Shown: positions 33,932-43,766, counted from the stretch's first letter. The stretch: DNA of 57,734 bases from Candidatus Nanoarchaeia archaeon (GCA_035283785.1 DATETG010000015.1:1-57734); one strand, 5' to 3'. The notes: generated from the sequence alone by a model not told the origin. Numbers and translations are program-made.

Positions 33932-36424
33932 TTAACTCTTCTTTCCAAAATCCCCCAAGCTTGTCTGGTTTTTTTCATTTATTATTTTTTCTACGTGAAC
34001 ATTGAATACATGAAAGATGTTTTCAACGGCAGGAAGGACTTGATGATTTAAGTAGTATTCAATATCATACATTCCTTCTTCCTCCGGGAGTTTTACTTTC
34101 TCACGGACAAGTTTTTTCTTTTCTTTTGTCTCTGCAATGTAATATGAGACCAACCCACCATCTCCAATAGGTATTTCCTTTTCTTTCATTTTTCTTGCAG
34201 CTATGACGTGAGGTGAAACAGCTACATATTCTGAGAGGGGTTTTTTCAATTGGGTTTTTATTATAAGTTCTTCTTTTAGAATTTTTCCCTGTTTCAATTT
34301 TTTTATTACATCTTTGACAGATTCCAGCGCCTTGGTTTCATTCCCTTCTTCAAGAATATGTTTTATCACTTCGTTTTGAAGTTTTCTTGCGAGATTGCAC
34401 CAATCTCTTCTTACTGTCTCAAAACCGCGAATTTTTAGTTTGCCTTTGTAGTTAATCAGTGCGTATTTTTTCTTTGCCCCAAAATCTCCGGAGCGTTTTG
34501 TGACCCATATTCCTCGCTTGTAAAAATCCTCCAATTCAAGTTCCATTATTCCCGGAAGATGTGAATTTAGTTTCTCCAGAAAATCAAGTGTTTGTTTTTG
34601 AGTTTTTTTGTTTATCAGGAAAGCTATGCTATCGGTGTCGGAATAAATTGTTTTATACCCTTGTGCGTCAATTTTTTTTATTGATTCCTGTATAAACTCT
34701 CTGCTTATTGCTGTTGTTGCACCGGAAGCTTCAGGACAGTAATATCTTGCTCCAAAAAATCCTTGATATCCATAGGAAGCATTTGCCAAAAGCTTGAATG
34801 CATTGCTTCTTGCTTCCTTTATTGCATCAGGTTTTTGCTTAAGTTCTTTTTTGTATTTTTTTCTTAGCTCAATTATTTCATTTAGCATTTCGGGAAAAAA
34901 TCCCGGAGTTTTTGAAAAATATTCTTTCTTCCCCAACACTTCCGCTACTGTTGAGTTTTTCCCTTTTTTTTTCAGCAAAGTTGATTTTGACAGATTGAAT
35001 GTTACAATGATGCTGGGCCAAAAACTTGTGAAATCAAATATTACCACTTCATCATACAATCCGGGTTTGGGCTCAAAAACAAAAGCCCCTTCATATTTCT
35101 CCCTGCCCCTTCTCTTGGATATCTCATCATGCATTGGTTTTTTTTCCGGAATCTCGTTAAATTTTTCAAGATTGTGAATTATGTATGATTCAACGTTCTT
35201 TGACATTCCATTTCTGGAAATTTCAAATACCGGTTCAGACAGTATTCTCGAGAATTCTGTCAAATCAGGGAACATCTTGGAAAATAATCCGTATGTGAGG
35301 TATGAATCGTGGAGGTTGTACTCAAAGTATTTTTCCCATTCATTCTCGGGAATTTTTGAAGAATGCCTGAACTTGAAATCAATTTTTCTCTCGCCAAGAA
35401 ATTCATTTGCCACTTCATTTAATGAGAGGGTTTCGGATTGCATATACTGTGAATATGCTGTTCTTATGAATTTAAGCAAGTCAACGTGAACTATGCCTTT
35501 TATTTTTCCAGTCATCATACCTTTCACCGCCCCTGATTTGAAAAATCTTGGTTGTGAGTCATCCAATCCGAGAGAGAGTTTTACTTCATTTTTCTCGGCA
35601 CGAGCTTTTAGATAAGGAAGATCAAATCCGTCGGAGAAATAACCCACCAAGAAATCAGGAGAGATTCCGCGCACGTAATGGGTGAACTTTTCGATTAATT
35701 CAGATTCGTCTTTTACATACTCGACATAAGGTAATGATGCGTCTTTTTTTTCAGAGAATTTTTTCCAAGTGATTACTTTTTTGAAGTCTTTTCCATAGAG
35801 AGAAACCATTAATATTTCTCCCTTGCCTATTTGCAATTCGTCTGTTTCTATGTCATACGCCAGAACTTTTGGAACAAAGTTTTTATCGCCTGTTCTTTCC
35901 AATTTTTCCAATTTTATGCAGAGGTCTACGTCAAATGAAGAGTCAATGCCTCCAAATTCAATTGAGTTGTTTAGTAGCTCTCCATTGAGCGAATACCATT
36001 GCATTGGAATCATTTTTTTCTCGATTATGTAGTGAGTTACAAATCCGAGATCGTAGCCGCGTCTATTTTGAATTTCTGGAAAATCCATCTTGTCCGCTAT
36101 TGCATGCAAGTCCTTGTAATTTGTTGCGAATACTTTTAAGGCCCTTACCTTCTTCCCGAGGAAATTTTTTTCCTTAACTTCAACTTTTTCAACTTTTGTT
36201 TTTCTTGAAGATTTTTCCTCTATTTTTATTTTTAGAATTTTTTCAATAAGGTTGTTTATCTTTTCCTTTGACACTTTATCCTTGAGAATTGCCCATAGAT
36301 AAACATCGCAACTGTCAATCACGCAAATTCTCTTGCCTGAAGGATTCCGCCCTATAACGCGAATGAAATTTCTTCCATCAAAGTCAAAATAATCATAGTC
36401 AATCGGAATGAAGTCGGTTTGCAT
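33932..36424 (-). CDS. polB: DNA polymerase, family B
   Basis: Exo I LAYDIETD, Exo II GYFSDGFDLPYL, Exo III YNLHDSYLTY, motif A FDFTSFWPSIIV, motif B KLLANASYGYQGF, motif C YSDTDSI. Start set at the internal ATG 36424 (MQTDFIPIDYDYFDFDGRNFIRVIGR), which has a TATA box about 25 nt upstream. The ORF track extends to 36529. The C-terminus QTSLGDFG is PIP-like. Confidence 0.9.
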   Translation of the reverse strand: MQTDFIPIDYDYFDFDGRNFIRVIGRNPSGKRICVIDSCDVYLWAILKDKVSKEKINNLIEKILKIKIEEKSSRKTKVEKVEVKEKNFLGKKVRALKVFATNYKDLHAIADKMDFPEIQNRRGYDLGFVTHYIIEKKMIPMQWYSLNGELLNNSIEFGGIDSSFDVDLCIKLEKLERTGDKNFVPKVLAYDIETDELQIGKGEILMVSLYGKDFKKVITWKKFSEKKDASLPYVEYVKDESELIEKFTHYVRGISPDFLVGYFSDGFDLPYLKARAEKNEVKLSLGLDDSQPRFFKSGAVKGMMTGKIKGIVHVDLLKFIRTAYSQYMQSETLSLNEVANEFLGERKIDFKFRHSSKIPENEWEKYFEYNLHDSYLTYGLFSKMFPDLTEFSRILSEPVFEISRNGMSKNVESYIIHNLEKFNEIPEKKPMHDEISKRRGREKYEGAFVFEPKPGLYDEVVIFDFTSFWPSIIVTFNLSKSTLLKKKGKNSTVAEVLGKKEYFSKTPGFFPEMLNEIIELRKKYKKELKQKPDAIKEARSNAFKLLANASYGYQGFFGARYYCPEASGATTAISREFIQESIKKIDAQGYKTIYSDTDSIAFLINKKTQKQTLDFLEKLNSHLPGIMELELEDFYKRGIWVTKRSGDFGAKKKYALINYKGKLKIRGFETVRRDWCNLARKLQNEVIKHILEEGNETKALESVKDVIKKLKQGKILKEELIIKTQLKKPLSEYVAVSPHVIAARKMKEKEIPIGDGGLVSYYIAETKEKKKLVREKVKLPEEEGMYDIEYYLNHQVLPAVENIFHVFNVHVEKIINEKNQTSLGDFGKKS

Positions 36425-36546
36425 TTTAATTATAGAATTGGATGATATAAAAAACTCTCGGTACTTTTTGGAATTTTTCTCCGGCAAATTCATTCCTTCA
36501 TTTGTTAAGGCGTAAAATTTATATACCACTAATTTGTAGTTACATA

Positions 36547-37119
36547 ATGAAGTATAGAATCGGATTGGACCATTTATCCAAAAAAAGGGAAGAGGCGCTT
36601 AGTAGCAGAAATGCCTCGACTTATGCAGAACTTTGTGGCGATTTGGGAATAACCGGAGAAGATATGGAAGATATACACCTCGCTGAAATGGCTCTTGCAG
36701 ATGAGGCAATTGCCAAGGCAGGAGGAACTTATGGAGATTTTGTTTGCACTATCGTACCTCCAAAACAAAAAAGAAAATCAAGAAGAAGACCAAAACCACT
36801 TGATTATGAGAGTGATGATAAAGCATTGGAATATGTTGCTAGAGTTGCACTGATGTCTTTTAATCCCTTGGAAAGAGGAGAGAGATTAAGAGTAGAAGAG
36901 ATAAAAAAAAGAATGGGTTTGCTTGTTAAAATTGGTTGCTCTGATGAAAAAGATATCCCTCTTAATTACAGAAATATGTGCAGAGGAGAGGTGTGGAGAT
37001 TTTTGGGAGATTTCCGAAACAAAATTGACTTAATGGCCAGGGAAAGAATCCCCGAAGTTTACGACGAAATTCAAAGGCAGAATCGCAAGTGGGCAGAACA
37101 GGATTTTTATCTCAAATAA
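36547..37119 (+). CDS. Hypothetical protein between polB and fen1
   Basis: First ATG at 36547, with TATA AAATTTATATA about 25 nt upstream. 190 aa with a basic patch KQKRKSRRRPKP. No family recognised. Confidence 0.5.
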   Translation: MKYRIGLDHLSKKREEALSSRNASTYAELCGDLGITGEDMEDIHLAEMALADEAIAKAGGTYGDFVCTIVPPKQKRKSRRRPKPLDYESDDKALEYVARVALMSFNPLERGERLRVEEIKKRMGLLVKIGCSDEKDIPLNYRNMCRGEVWRFLGDFRNKIDLMARERIPEVYDEIQRQNRKWAEQDFYLK

Positions 37120-37149
37120 CTTTTTATATTTTCCATTCCTTGATTCTTT

Positions 37150-38190
37150 ATGGGTTTGAACATAAGTGAAATAATTCCAAGAAAGGAAATTGAAATTTCT
37201 GACTTGAAGGGGAAAATTTTGTGCGTTGATGCTTTCAACACACTTTATCAGTTTTTGTCAACAATAAGGCAACCCGATGGAACGCCCCTTATGGATTCAA
37301 AAAAGAGAATCACATCCCACTTGTCCGGAATTTTTTACAGAAACACTTCGCTTTTGGCGGAAGGATTAAAGATGGTTTATGTTTTTGACGGCACTCCTCC
37401 CGAGATGAAATACAAGACACATTCTATAAGGAAAAGCGGGAGAGACCTTGCAAAAGAGCGTTATGAAATCGCAAAGCAGGATGAAAATTTGGAATCAATG
37501 AAGCGTTATAGTTCGCAGTTGGTAAGACTTAATGACGAAATGATAAAGGAAAGCAAAGAACTCCTGGAGGCGATGGGAATTCCAATTGTGCAGGCGCCCG
37601 GTGAAGGAGAAGCAGAAGCTTCTTACTTGGCGAGAATAAACAAAGACGTTTTTGCTTCTGCCTCGCAGGATTATGATTCGTTGCTTTTTGGAACGCCGAA
37701 ACTTGTCAGAAATCTCACGCTGTCAAAGAGGAGAAAAACCTACTCAGGATACGTTGAAGTTAAACCGGAATTGATAGAACTGGACAAGGTATTAAGTTTG
37801 TTGGAAATAAATCTTGATCAGCTTATCTGTTTGGGAATTCTCGTCGGAACAGATTACAATCCTGTTGGAATCAGGGGCATAGGACAGAAGAAGGCACTTC
37901 AAATTGTTAAAAAATATCAGCAGCCTGTTTTGATATTTCAAGAAGTTGAAGAACAGCTCATGTCAATGCCTGAGGAAGAGAGGTTTGACTGGCAGGAAAT
38001 CTTCAAACTTTTTCACAAGCCAGATGTTGTCGGAGCAGATTTTAAATTCAAAAGAATAGACGGGAAAAAAATAAAAAAAATACTGGTTGAGGAGCATGAC
38101 TTTTCCCTTGAGAGAGTTGAAAAACAACTTGACAAATTAAAGGAAATACATGAGGAACGAAAGCAGAAAGATTTGGGGAAGTGGTTTTAG
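37150..38190 (+). CDS. fen: Flap endonuclease 1
   Basis: CVDAFNTLYQFL, VFDGTPPEMK, GEGEAEASYL, the H3TH region GTDYNP.GIRGIG, and a C-terminal PIP box QKDLGKWF. Confidence 0.9.
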   Translation: MGLNISEIIPRKEIEISDLKGKILCVDAFNTLYQFLSTIRQPDGTPLMDSKKRITSHLSGIFYRNTSLLAEGLKMVYVFDGTPPEMKYKTHSIRKSGRDLAKERYEIAKQDENLESMKRYSSQLVRLNDEMIKESKELLEAMGIPIVQAPGEGEAEASYLARINKDVFASASQDYDSLLFGTPKLVRNLTLSKRRKTYSGYVEVKPELIELDKVLSLLEINLDQLICLGILVGTDYNPVGIRGIGQKKALQIVKKYQQPVLIFQEVEEQLMSMPEEERFDWQEIFKLFHKPDVVGADFKFKRIDGKKIKKILVEEHDFSLERVEKQLDKLKEIHEERKQKDLGKWF

Positions 38191-38262
38191 TGTTGTTTCT
38201 CTGAAATAGTAACATTTTAGAAAGATTTATAAAGTTGATTTTCGAATTTTTGATAATACAAA

Positions 38263-38694
38263 ATGGAAATAAAAAACAGATTAACAGATATTGTAAAGAA
38301 TCCATTAAAATCTGCAGGCAGAGCAGGTCTTTGGACATTGGAAAAAACATCGTCTTACTTGGCAGTTCCAGCAGCAGTTCTTTCAACAGCCCATACCGGC
38401 AACTATTTTGTCAGGGGATTAGAGGGATATTGGGATGCTCTGAGGACGATTTATGGTGTTTCGGAATCAGTAATAAAAAATGAAGGAGTAAGAACTTTTC
38501 TTGGCAATGGGGCCCAGCAAATAGGTTCTTATCTTACAGACATTGCATATAATTTAAAACATGATTCTGAGGTAACTGCTTACGTTGCAATAGGTACATT
38601 GGTCGCTGGAAAAGCAATCCCTTTTGTTTCACGAAAGACAAAAACCTTTCTTAGAAAAAGAAAGCAAAGGAAAACAATGACGTTAGAAAATTAA
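38263..38694 (+). CDS. Hypothetical protein (Gly/Ala-rich hydrophobic segments, basic tail)
   Basis: ORF track; 143 aa; no family. Confidence 0.4.
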   Translation: MEIKNRLTDIVKNPLKSAGRAGLWTLEKTSSYLAVPAAVLSTAHTGNYFVRGLEGYWDALRTIYGVSESVIKNEGVRTFLGNGAQQIGSYLTDIAYNLKHDSEVTAYVAIGTLVAGKAIPFVSRKTKTFLRKRKQRKTMTLEN

Positions 38695-38710
38695 ATTAAA
38701 CACGAATCAA

Positions 38711-39097
38711 ATGGTTTCAAAACAAGATTGGATAAATTATGGAATTTACGGGGCAAATTTTTTTTCGGGAGTTAATCCTATTTTAGCATTAATTGGGGCA
38801 GGAACGAAGGCATATGAAGATATCTTTGATAAAAATTATGACAGAAATTCTCATTATGTTGATTTGCCAAGATTGGGGCTGGGGTTTTTATCCGGACTTT
38901 CCGCTGTTGGAAGTGCTTCGGGAATTTTTAGTTCTTACGGAATTGATGATTCGCTTATAAATTTGTTGAATACTGTGGGAGATGCATCCATGGCATTTGC
39001 TCTTGTTACAGATACAAAATATTTTAAGGAAAAATCATTGACAGGAATAAAGGAAGATGTTAGCAAAGTTAAATCAGATTTGGAGAGGGTATTCTGA
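38711..39097 (+). CDS. Hypothetical protein (Gly-rich hydrophobic segments)
   Basis: ORF track; 128 aa; 16 nt after the previous gene; no family. Confidence 0.4.
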   Translation: MVSKQDWINYGIYGANFFSGVNPILALIGAGTKAYEDIFDKNYDRNSHYVDLPRLGLGFLSGLSAVGSASGIFSSYGIDDSLINLLNTVGDASMAFALVTDTKYFKEKSLTGIKEDVSKVKSDLERVF

Positions 39098-39104
39098 TTT
39101 TTTA

Positions 39105-40433
39105 TTATCTTAGTTTATCCAATTTTCTTTTGATGTCATCTAACTTTGAGTATTTTAGATGATTGATCTCTCTTTTAATTTTATCCATCTCGGAACTACC
39201 TGCACTATGTATACTAAGATTGTTATAGCGAGTTTCTAATTCTTTTATCTTGTTTAATGTTCTGCTTTCTTCATCTAACAAACTCTTTTCTTCATTTCTT
39301 ATTTTTTTTACCGCTTTTTCTCTTTTCTTAACAATTTCCTGTTCTTTTCTTATTGCATCTTGCTTCTTTTTTTCTGCTTTTTGGGTTTCTTTCTGCCTTT
39401 TTATTTCTTCATTTTTTATTTTTTGCTCTTCTACTCTTCTAGCATTTTCCTCTCTTCTCTTTTGCTCATCTATTTGTTTTTGCTGCTGTCTTCTTTGCTC
39501 TTCTTCCTGTCTTTTTGCACTCTCTTCACCTTGTTTCTGTTCTCTTAGGGCTTTTTGTTTTTGCTCATACTCATAATCGGTTTGCTGTTTTCTCAATTTT
39601 TCATTGCGCTTTTGTTCTGTTATTACTCTTCTTTCTTGTTCTCTTCTATCATGCTCCTGTCTTTTTCTGTAAGCCCAATCATCAACACCTTGAAATTTTC
39701 CTGTTCCCAGAACTCTTCCTGTTGCTCCTACACTTCTCCTAAAAAATTCGGGCCTGTGTTGTTGCGCCTGCCTCTGCGCTTTCCAGTCCGAATACCTTTG
39801 GGAATAGCCCCTACTTCCAGAAGAATAACCAGAACTCCCTAAATTAGGTTTTTTTTTACGTATCCAAAGAAATAATCCCCCTACAAATAGGATAAGTCCA
39901 ATTACTAAAGTAAATCCCTTTTCATAAATCAGATCAGTGAAACTCACCCCTAAAAGAAACAATCCCAACACCGTCAATGTTGGACCCAAGCTGAATTTTA
40001 TCACAGAGAAAATCAATCCTGCCAGAACAATTAGAGGAATAATGTAATACAGAATTTCCTCGGAGATTCCTATAAATCCGAAGATTTCATAAAAGAAAGA
40101 ATCATAGTCCCATCCTGTTCTGTGTACTCCATATGTTGCAAGAAGTGAAAATGCAATTGCCGCCATTGAACCTCCCGCCCCACCCTGTCCTTTTGTGAAT
40201 CTTGAAATTGCAAAATTGCTGAAAAATAAAAATATCAAAAACAAAGCTCCTAAAACCCATGTTGATGCATCAACGCTGTCGAACAAGTTACCTATTGAAA
40301 AATCCCCGTAAAATTGCGCGCTTGCAAAATTTGTCATCAATAGAACTCCCAAGACAGAAATCCAAGCTGCGCCTCTTTTCATTATTTTTTCAGGTAAAAT
40401 ATGCTTATAAATTTTCTCGTGTTTCTTCTTCAT
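39105..40433 (-). CDS. Polytopic membrane protein with long K/E/Q/R-rich coiled-coil C-terminal domain
   Basis: The ORF track runs to a GTG at 40541. The first ATG is at 40433 and an alternative ATG at 40382 gives MKRGAAWISVLGVLLMTNFASAQ (signal-peptide-like). About 5 TM helices, then roughly 200 aa of charged heptad-like sequence (EEQRRQQQKQIDEQKRREENARRVEEQK...). Confidence 0.55.
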   Translation of the reverse strand: MKKKHEKIYKHILPEKIMKRGAAWISVLGVLLMTNFASAQFYGDFSIGNLFDSVDASTWVLGALFLIFLFFSNFAISRFTKGQGGAGGSMAAIAFSLLATYGVHRTGWDYDSFFYEIFGFIGISEEILYYIIPLIVLAGLIFSVIKFSLGPTLTVLGLFLLGVSFTDLIYEKGFTLVIGLILFVGGLFLWIRKKKPNLGSSGYSSGSRGYSQRYSDWKAQRQAQQHRPEFFRRSVGATGRVLGTGKFQGVDDWAYRKRQEHDRREQERRVITEQKRNEKLRKQQTDYEYEQKQKALREQKQGEESAKRQEEEQRRQQQKQIDEQKRREENARRVEEQKIKNEEIKRQKETQKAEKKKQDAIRKEQEIVKKREKAVKKIRNEEKSLLDEESRTLNKIKELETRYNNLSIHSAGSSEMDKIKREINHLKYSKLDDIKRKLDKLR

Positions 40434-40677
40434 CAAGAAAAGTTTATCCCACTGTTCATCTTCCCTGTCTGCCTTGAAGTTTGTACTCGAATAAATTCTC
40501 GCGATTTGTTTGGAATTAATACTAAACCCTACGATTATCACTATAAACTTTAGATTCTAAATTAGCACTTCATCAATAAGTGCGTGCTACCCGTATTCGG
40601 GGCGAACATATTTAACAATTATTAATCCTAATAACATCCGTGTTAAACTTTTAATACCCTCGTTGCTTTTTGTAATT

Positions 40678-41472
40678 ATGAACAAAAAAAATGTTTCTTA
40701 CGACATTCTTGGAAACATTGCTCTGATTAAATTTCCTTTTGATATGAAACTATCTGAAAAGAAAAAATTCTCAGAGAAATTCCTGAAAAAAAATCGTTCT
40801 GTCAGAACAATTCTCGAGAAGGTTTCCAAATTCCAGGGAAGACTAAGGAAACAGGAAACAAAATATGTTCTCGGCGAGAAGACAAAAGAAGTTATTTACA
40901 AGGAAAACGGATGCGTTTTCAGGTTTAATATTGACTCAAGTTATTTCTCTCCAAGATTAAGCAATGAAAGAAAGGAAATCTCGAAAAAAATCAGAAAGAA
41001 TGAAGATGTTTTAGTGATGTTTTCAGGAGTAAATCCCTACGGAATTGTAATAGCAAAAAACTCACTGGCAAAAAAAGTTTATTCGCTTGAAATCAACAGA
41101 GAAGCGAACAAGTACGCAAAACTTAATGCCCAACTGAACAATTTGAATGACAAAATAGAAACGATTCAGGGAGATGTCAAGAAATTTGTTTTGAAGGCAA
41201 GAAAAAGATTTCCAAAAAAATTTGACGTGATTGTAATGCCTCGTCCGCAATTGACAGAGACATTTTTGAAAGAAGCGTTTTTGTTGAGTAAAAAAAATAC
41301 ACGGATTTATTATTACGACTTTTGCGAGGAAGATGAAATACCTGAAGTGAAGGAAAAAATTTTTCAGGCAGGAAAAGAATCAGGCAGAAAAATAAAAATC
41401 CTTGAAACAAAAAAAGCCGGAGAAATTGCCCCATATAGATTGAGGGTAAGGGTGGATTTTAAGGTTGTTTAG
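40678..41472 (+). CDS. trm5: Trm5/Met-10+-like tRNA (guanine-N1) methyltransferase family protein
   Basis: YDILGNIALIKFP, YFSPRLSNERKEI, VLVMFSGVNPYG, DVIVMPRP. This is the order and wording typical of Met-10+/Trm5 lacking the D1 domain. Confidence 0.6.
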   Translation: MNKKNVSYDILGNIALIKFPFDMKLSEKKKFSEKFLKKNRSVRTILEKVSKFQGRLRKQETKYVLGEKTKEVIYKENGCVFRFNIDSSYFSPRLSNERKEISKKIRKNEDVLVMFSGVNPYGIVIAKNSLAKKVYSLEINREANKYAKLNAQLNNLNDKIETIQGDVKKFVLKARKRFPKKFDVIVMPRPQLTETFLKEAFLLSKKNTRIYYYDFCEEDEIPEVKEKIFQAGKESGRKIKILETKKAGEIAPYRLRVRVDFKVV

Positions 41473-41747
41473 AAAGGTCTTCTGACTCTATTAGGCATTA
41501 TTGAATCTGTATGTTTTATTTCAGCAAAATTTATCACATTGCTTTCATTAACCGGTTGAACAGTTTTTTTTATCAAGCCGCTTGATGGACATACACCTAT
41601 TTTTTCTTTGTATATCTCTACTATTCTCCCAATGCCATAAGGGCAGTTACCTGCAACTGAACATGGTAATATTTCTATTCCTAGAGAGTCTATTTTCTCT
41701 GAATTTTCCGGCAAATACCTGCATTTTTCTTCCATATCGTTTAACAT
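41469..41747 (-). CDS. Small Cys-rich hypothetical protein downstream of the HerA-like ATPase
   Basis: 92 aa with four Cys (C9, C39, C45, C63: ...ILPCSVAGNCPYG...GVCPSSG). Same strand, 71 nt after the ATPase stop. Confidence 0.4.
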   Translation of the reverse strand: MLNDMEEKCRYLPENSEKIDSLGIEILPCSVAGNCPYGIGRIVEIYKEKIGVCPSSGLIKKTVQPVNESNVINFAEIKHTDSIMPNRVRRPF

Positions 41748-41818
41748 ATTTCTTTCTTAATTTTTAGGACTTTTTTATTTATAAGTTTTTTCGTTGAATA
41801 TTTACTTAGAAGTGATAT

Positions 41819-43144
41819 CTAAACTTTTTTTTCAATTCTCATCGCTGTTGGAGCTTCGCCCCCGTGCCATGTGAATCTTGGACGCACGCGCATAGGATAA
41901 ATTCTTTCGGAATTGTCGTCAAGAATTATTGCAGAACCCTTTTCATTTGGAAGATCATCCATGTACTTTTTTATGCTGTCAAGAAGATAACTTTGCATGA
42001 TGTATCCCAATGCCTGTAAATCTGGTAAAGAAGTCACCCTGTGCGAAATTACTATGTCTGACTGGCTCATTGCGTCCCTGTGAATTTGTCCTGGCTGTTG
42101 CGTTGCCAAAACAACGGAAATTCCTGGCTGACGTCCTTCGCGCAACAGCTGTACCAACGAATCTGTTGCCGTCGTCTTGCCATTCAATGGAAGAAATTCA
42201 TGGGCCTCATCTATGAAAATCCAAACCAAAGGGTTTTCTTTTTTTCCCTCAGATGAAGTGAAGGAGAATCCTTTTGACACGGATTGCACTTCTTCAATTT
42301 TGCGCGCAGACATTCTTTGCTTGAAGATTTTTCTCGTGACCAAACTTATGACCAATGCACGAACATTAAATGTTCCGACGGAATTGTAAACACTCAGGTC
42401 AAGTACAGAGGTCATTCCTCCGGAAACCAAATTTTCAATCCTAGTTTTTTCCTCTTCTTCCGAGGCAAATATCCCCCATGTTTCCGCGGCTTCGAAAAGA
42501 CCTATTGCCGCGAGCTTTATTTCATTTGAAGTTGTTTCATCCATTTCTAGATTTTTTATGATATCCTTTATCGTAAAATCCTTGCCATCTCTCAGTCTGT
42601 TAACAGTTCTCTCAATCAATACAGCAACAGGGTTTATCATGTCCAGATTGAACGTCAAAATCCAGTCCTCCGCATTCATTTCCGTTACGTCAAGGGCAAA
42701 CTTCTCGTCGGCAATTATTCCTTTTTCCAGATAATCATCATAATGCTTCCACGGCACGAATATTCTTACAGGGAGATTTTTGGATTTTAGATTCCATTCA
42801 TATAAAAGCGATTTGTCTTTTTCATTTTGGAATTTCATTGTCCAATAAATTCCCATGGTATCAAAAATCAATGATGCTATGTTCTTGCCTATTTCTTTTG
42901 GCAATGAAGACAATTCTTCTGCCAGAACTCCGAGAGTGTAACTTTTTCCCGATCCTCTTTTTCCTGCGACGAGAATAACATGGCTTCTGACTACATCGAT
43001 GAAAAGATTGTTGCTTAATGAGTTGTACTGGCCCATTTTTACATAGCTTTTTCCAATATAAGCAAAGCCCTTGTTTCCGAACAGTTGCTTGTCGGAAATA
43101 TTTCTTCCTATTTGAATATCAAAACCCATATATCCTAAAAACAC
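41819..43144 (-). CDS. HerA/FtsK-superfamily ATPase (DUF87-like)
   Basis: Walker A VAGKRGSGKSYTLGVLAEEL, Walker B VWIFIDEAHEFLP, arginine-finger region LLREGRQPGISVVLATQQP. GTG start at 43144, or ATG at 43129. Confidence 0.7.
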   Translation of the reverse strand: MFLGYMGFDIQIGRNISDKQLFGNKGFAYIGKSYVKMGQYNSLSNNLFIDVVRSHVILVAGKRGSGKSYTLGVLAEELSSLPKEIGKNIASLIFDTMGIYWTMKFQNEKDKSLLYEWNLKSKNLPVRIFVPWKHYDDYLEKGIIADEKFALDVTEMNAEDWILTFNLDMINPVAVLIERTVNRLRDGKDFTIKDIIKNLEMDETTSNEIKLAAIGLFEAAETWGIFASEEEEKTRIENLVSGGMTSVLDLSVYNSVGTFNVRALVISLVTRKIFKQRMSARKIEEVQSVSKGFSFTSSEGKKENPLVWIFIDEAHEFLPLNGKTTATDSLVQLLREGRQPGISVVLATQQPGQIHRDAMSQSDIVISHRVTSLPDLQALGYIMQSYLLDSIKKYMDDLPNEKGSAIILDDNSERIYPMRVRPRFTWHGGEAPTAMRIEKKV

Positions 43145-43280
43145 TGAACGGCGATTTCAAATTGCCCACGAGGAAATCGCAAAGGTTTCAAAAAGCATCC
43201 AGCCCTCCTTTTTGGTTTCATTATCAAAATAAGAAGAAGAAGTTTTTATGTTTTGTTGTTTATTAAAAAAGAAAAATCTT

Positions 43281-43766
43281 TCAAATTGGCCGAGGTTTTA
43301 ATAATCCTTCTTTTAAAATTCCTGCCAATCTCTTTTTTGTGTCAGGCAGTCTCATGCAAAACTCCATGGCGTCCCAGAGTATGGAGAAATCATGAAAAGA
43401 TTTTTTGTACTCCAATAAAAGATTTGAGAATGTTCTAACAGAAATGCTCTCGGGATTATTAATATCGACCATCCTGGGTTTTACGAATCCCTCAAAAAAC
43501 ATCTCATGTATATAAACATCTCCACTAATACCTTTTGTTCTGTCATGAATTTTCCCCCAAGAATATCCAATGTAATCAATGCCACCATCTCCCTTTATTG
43601 CTTCTGGGATAACCTCTAGGGTTGCACTTGGAATTAAGATTACTATTCCGTTTCTTCTGTGTTTTACAATGTCTTTGTTGATTAAATAATCTTCTAAGTC
43701 TATTGCCTCGAAAGGCACGACTCCCTTCATCATAAAGTAAAGCGAATCAACTTTTTCCATTTTCAA
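43281..43766 (-). CDS. Hypothetical protein translationally coupled to rfcL
   Basis: 161 aa. Its ATG overlaps the rfcL stop by 4 nt. No family recognised. Confidence 0.5.
   Translation of the reverse strand: MKMEKVDSLYFMMKGVVPFEAIDLEDYLINKDIVKHRRNGIVILIPSATLEVIPEAIKGDGGIDYIGYSWGKIHDRTKGISGDVYIHEMFFEGFVKPRMVDINNPESISVRTFSNLLLEYKKSFHDFSILWDAMEFCMRLPDTKKRLAGILKEGLLKPRPI

Noticed and set aside
39250-39842. Four overlapping plus-strand ORFs (62-108 aa) rich in F/L/S/C
   Set aside because: They are low-complexity mirror images of the K/E/Q/R-rich coiled-coil coding region on the minus strand.
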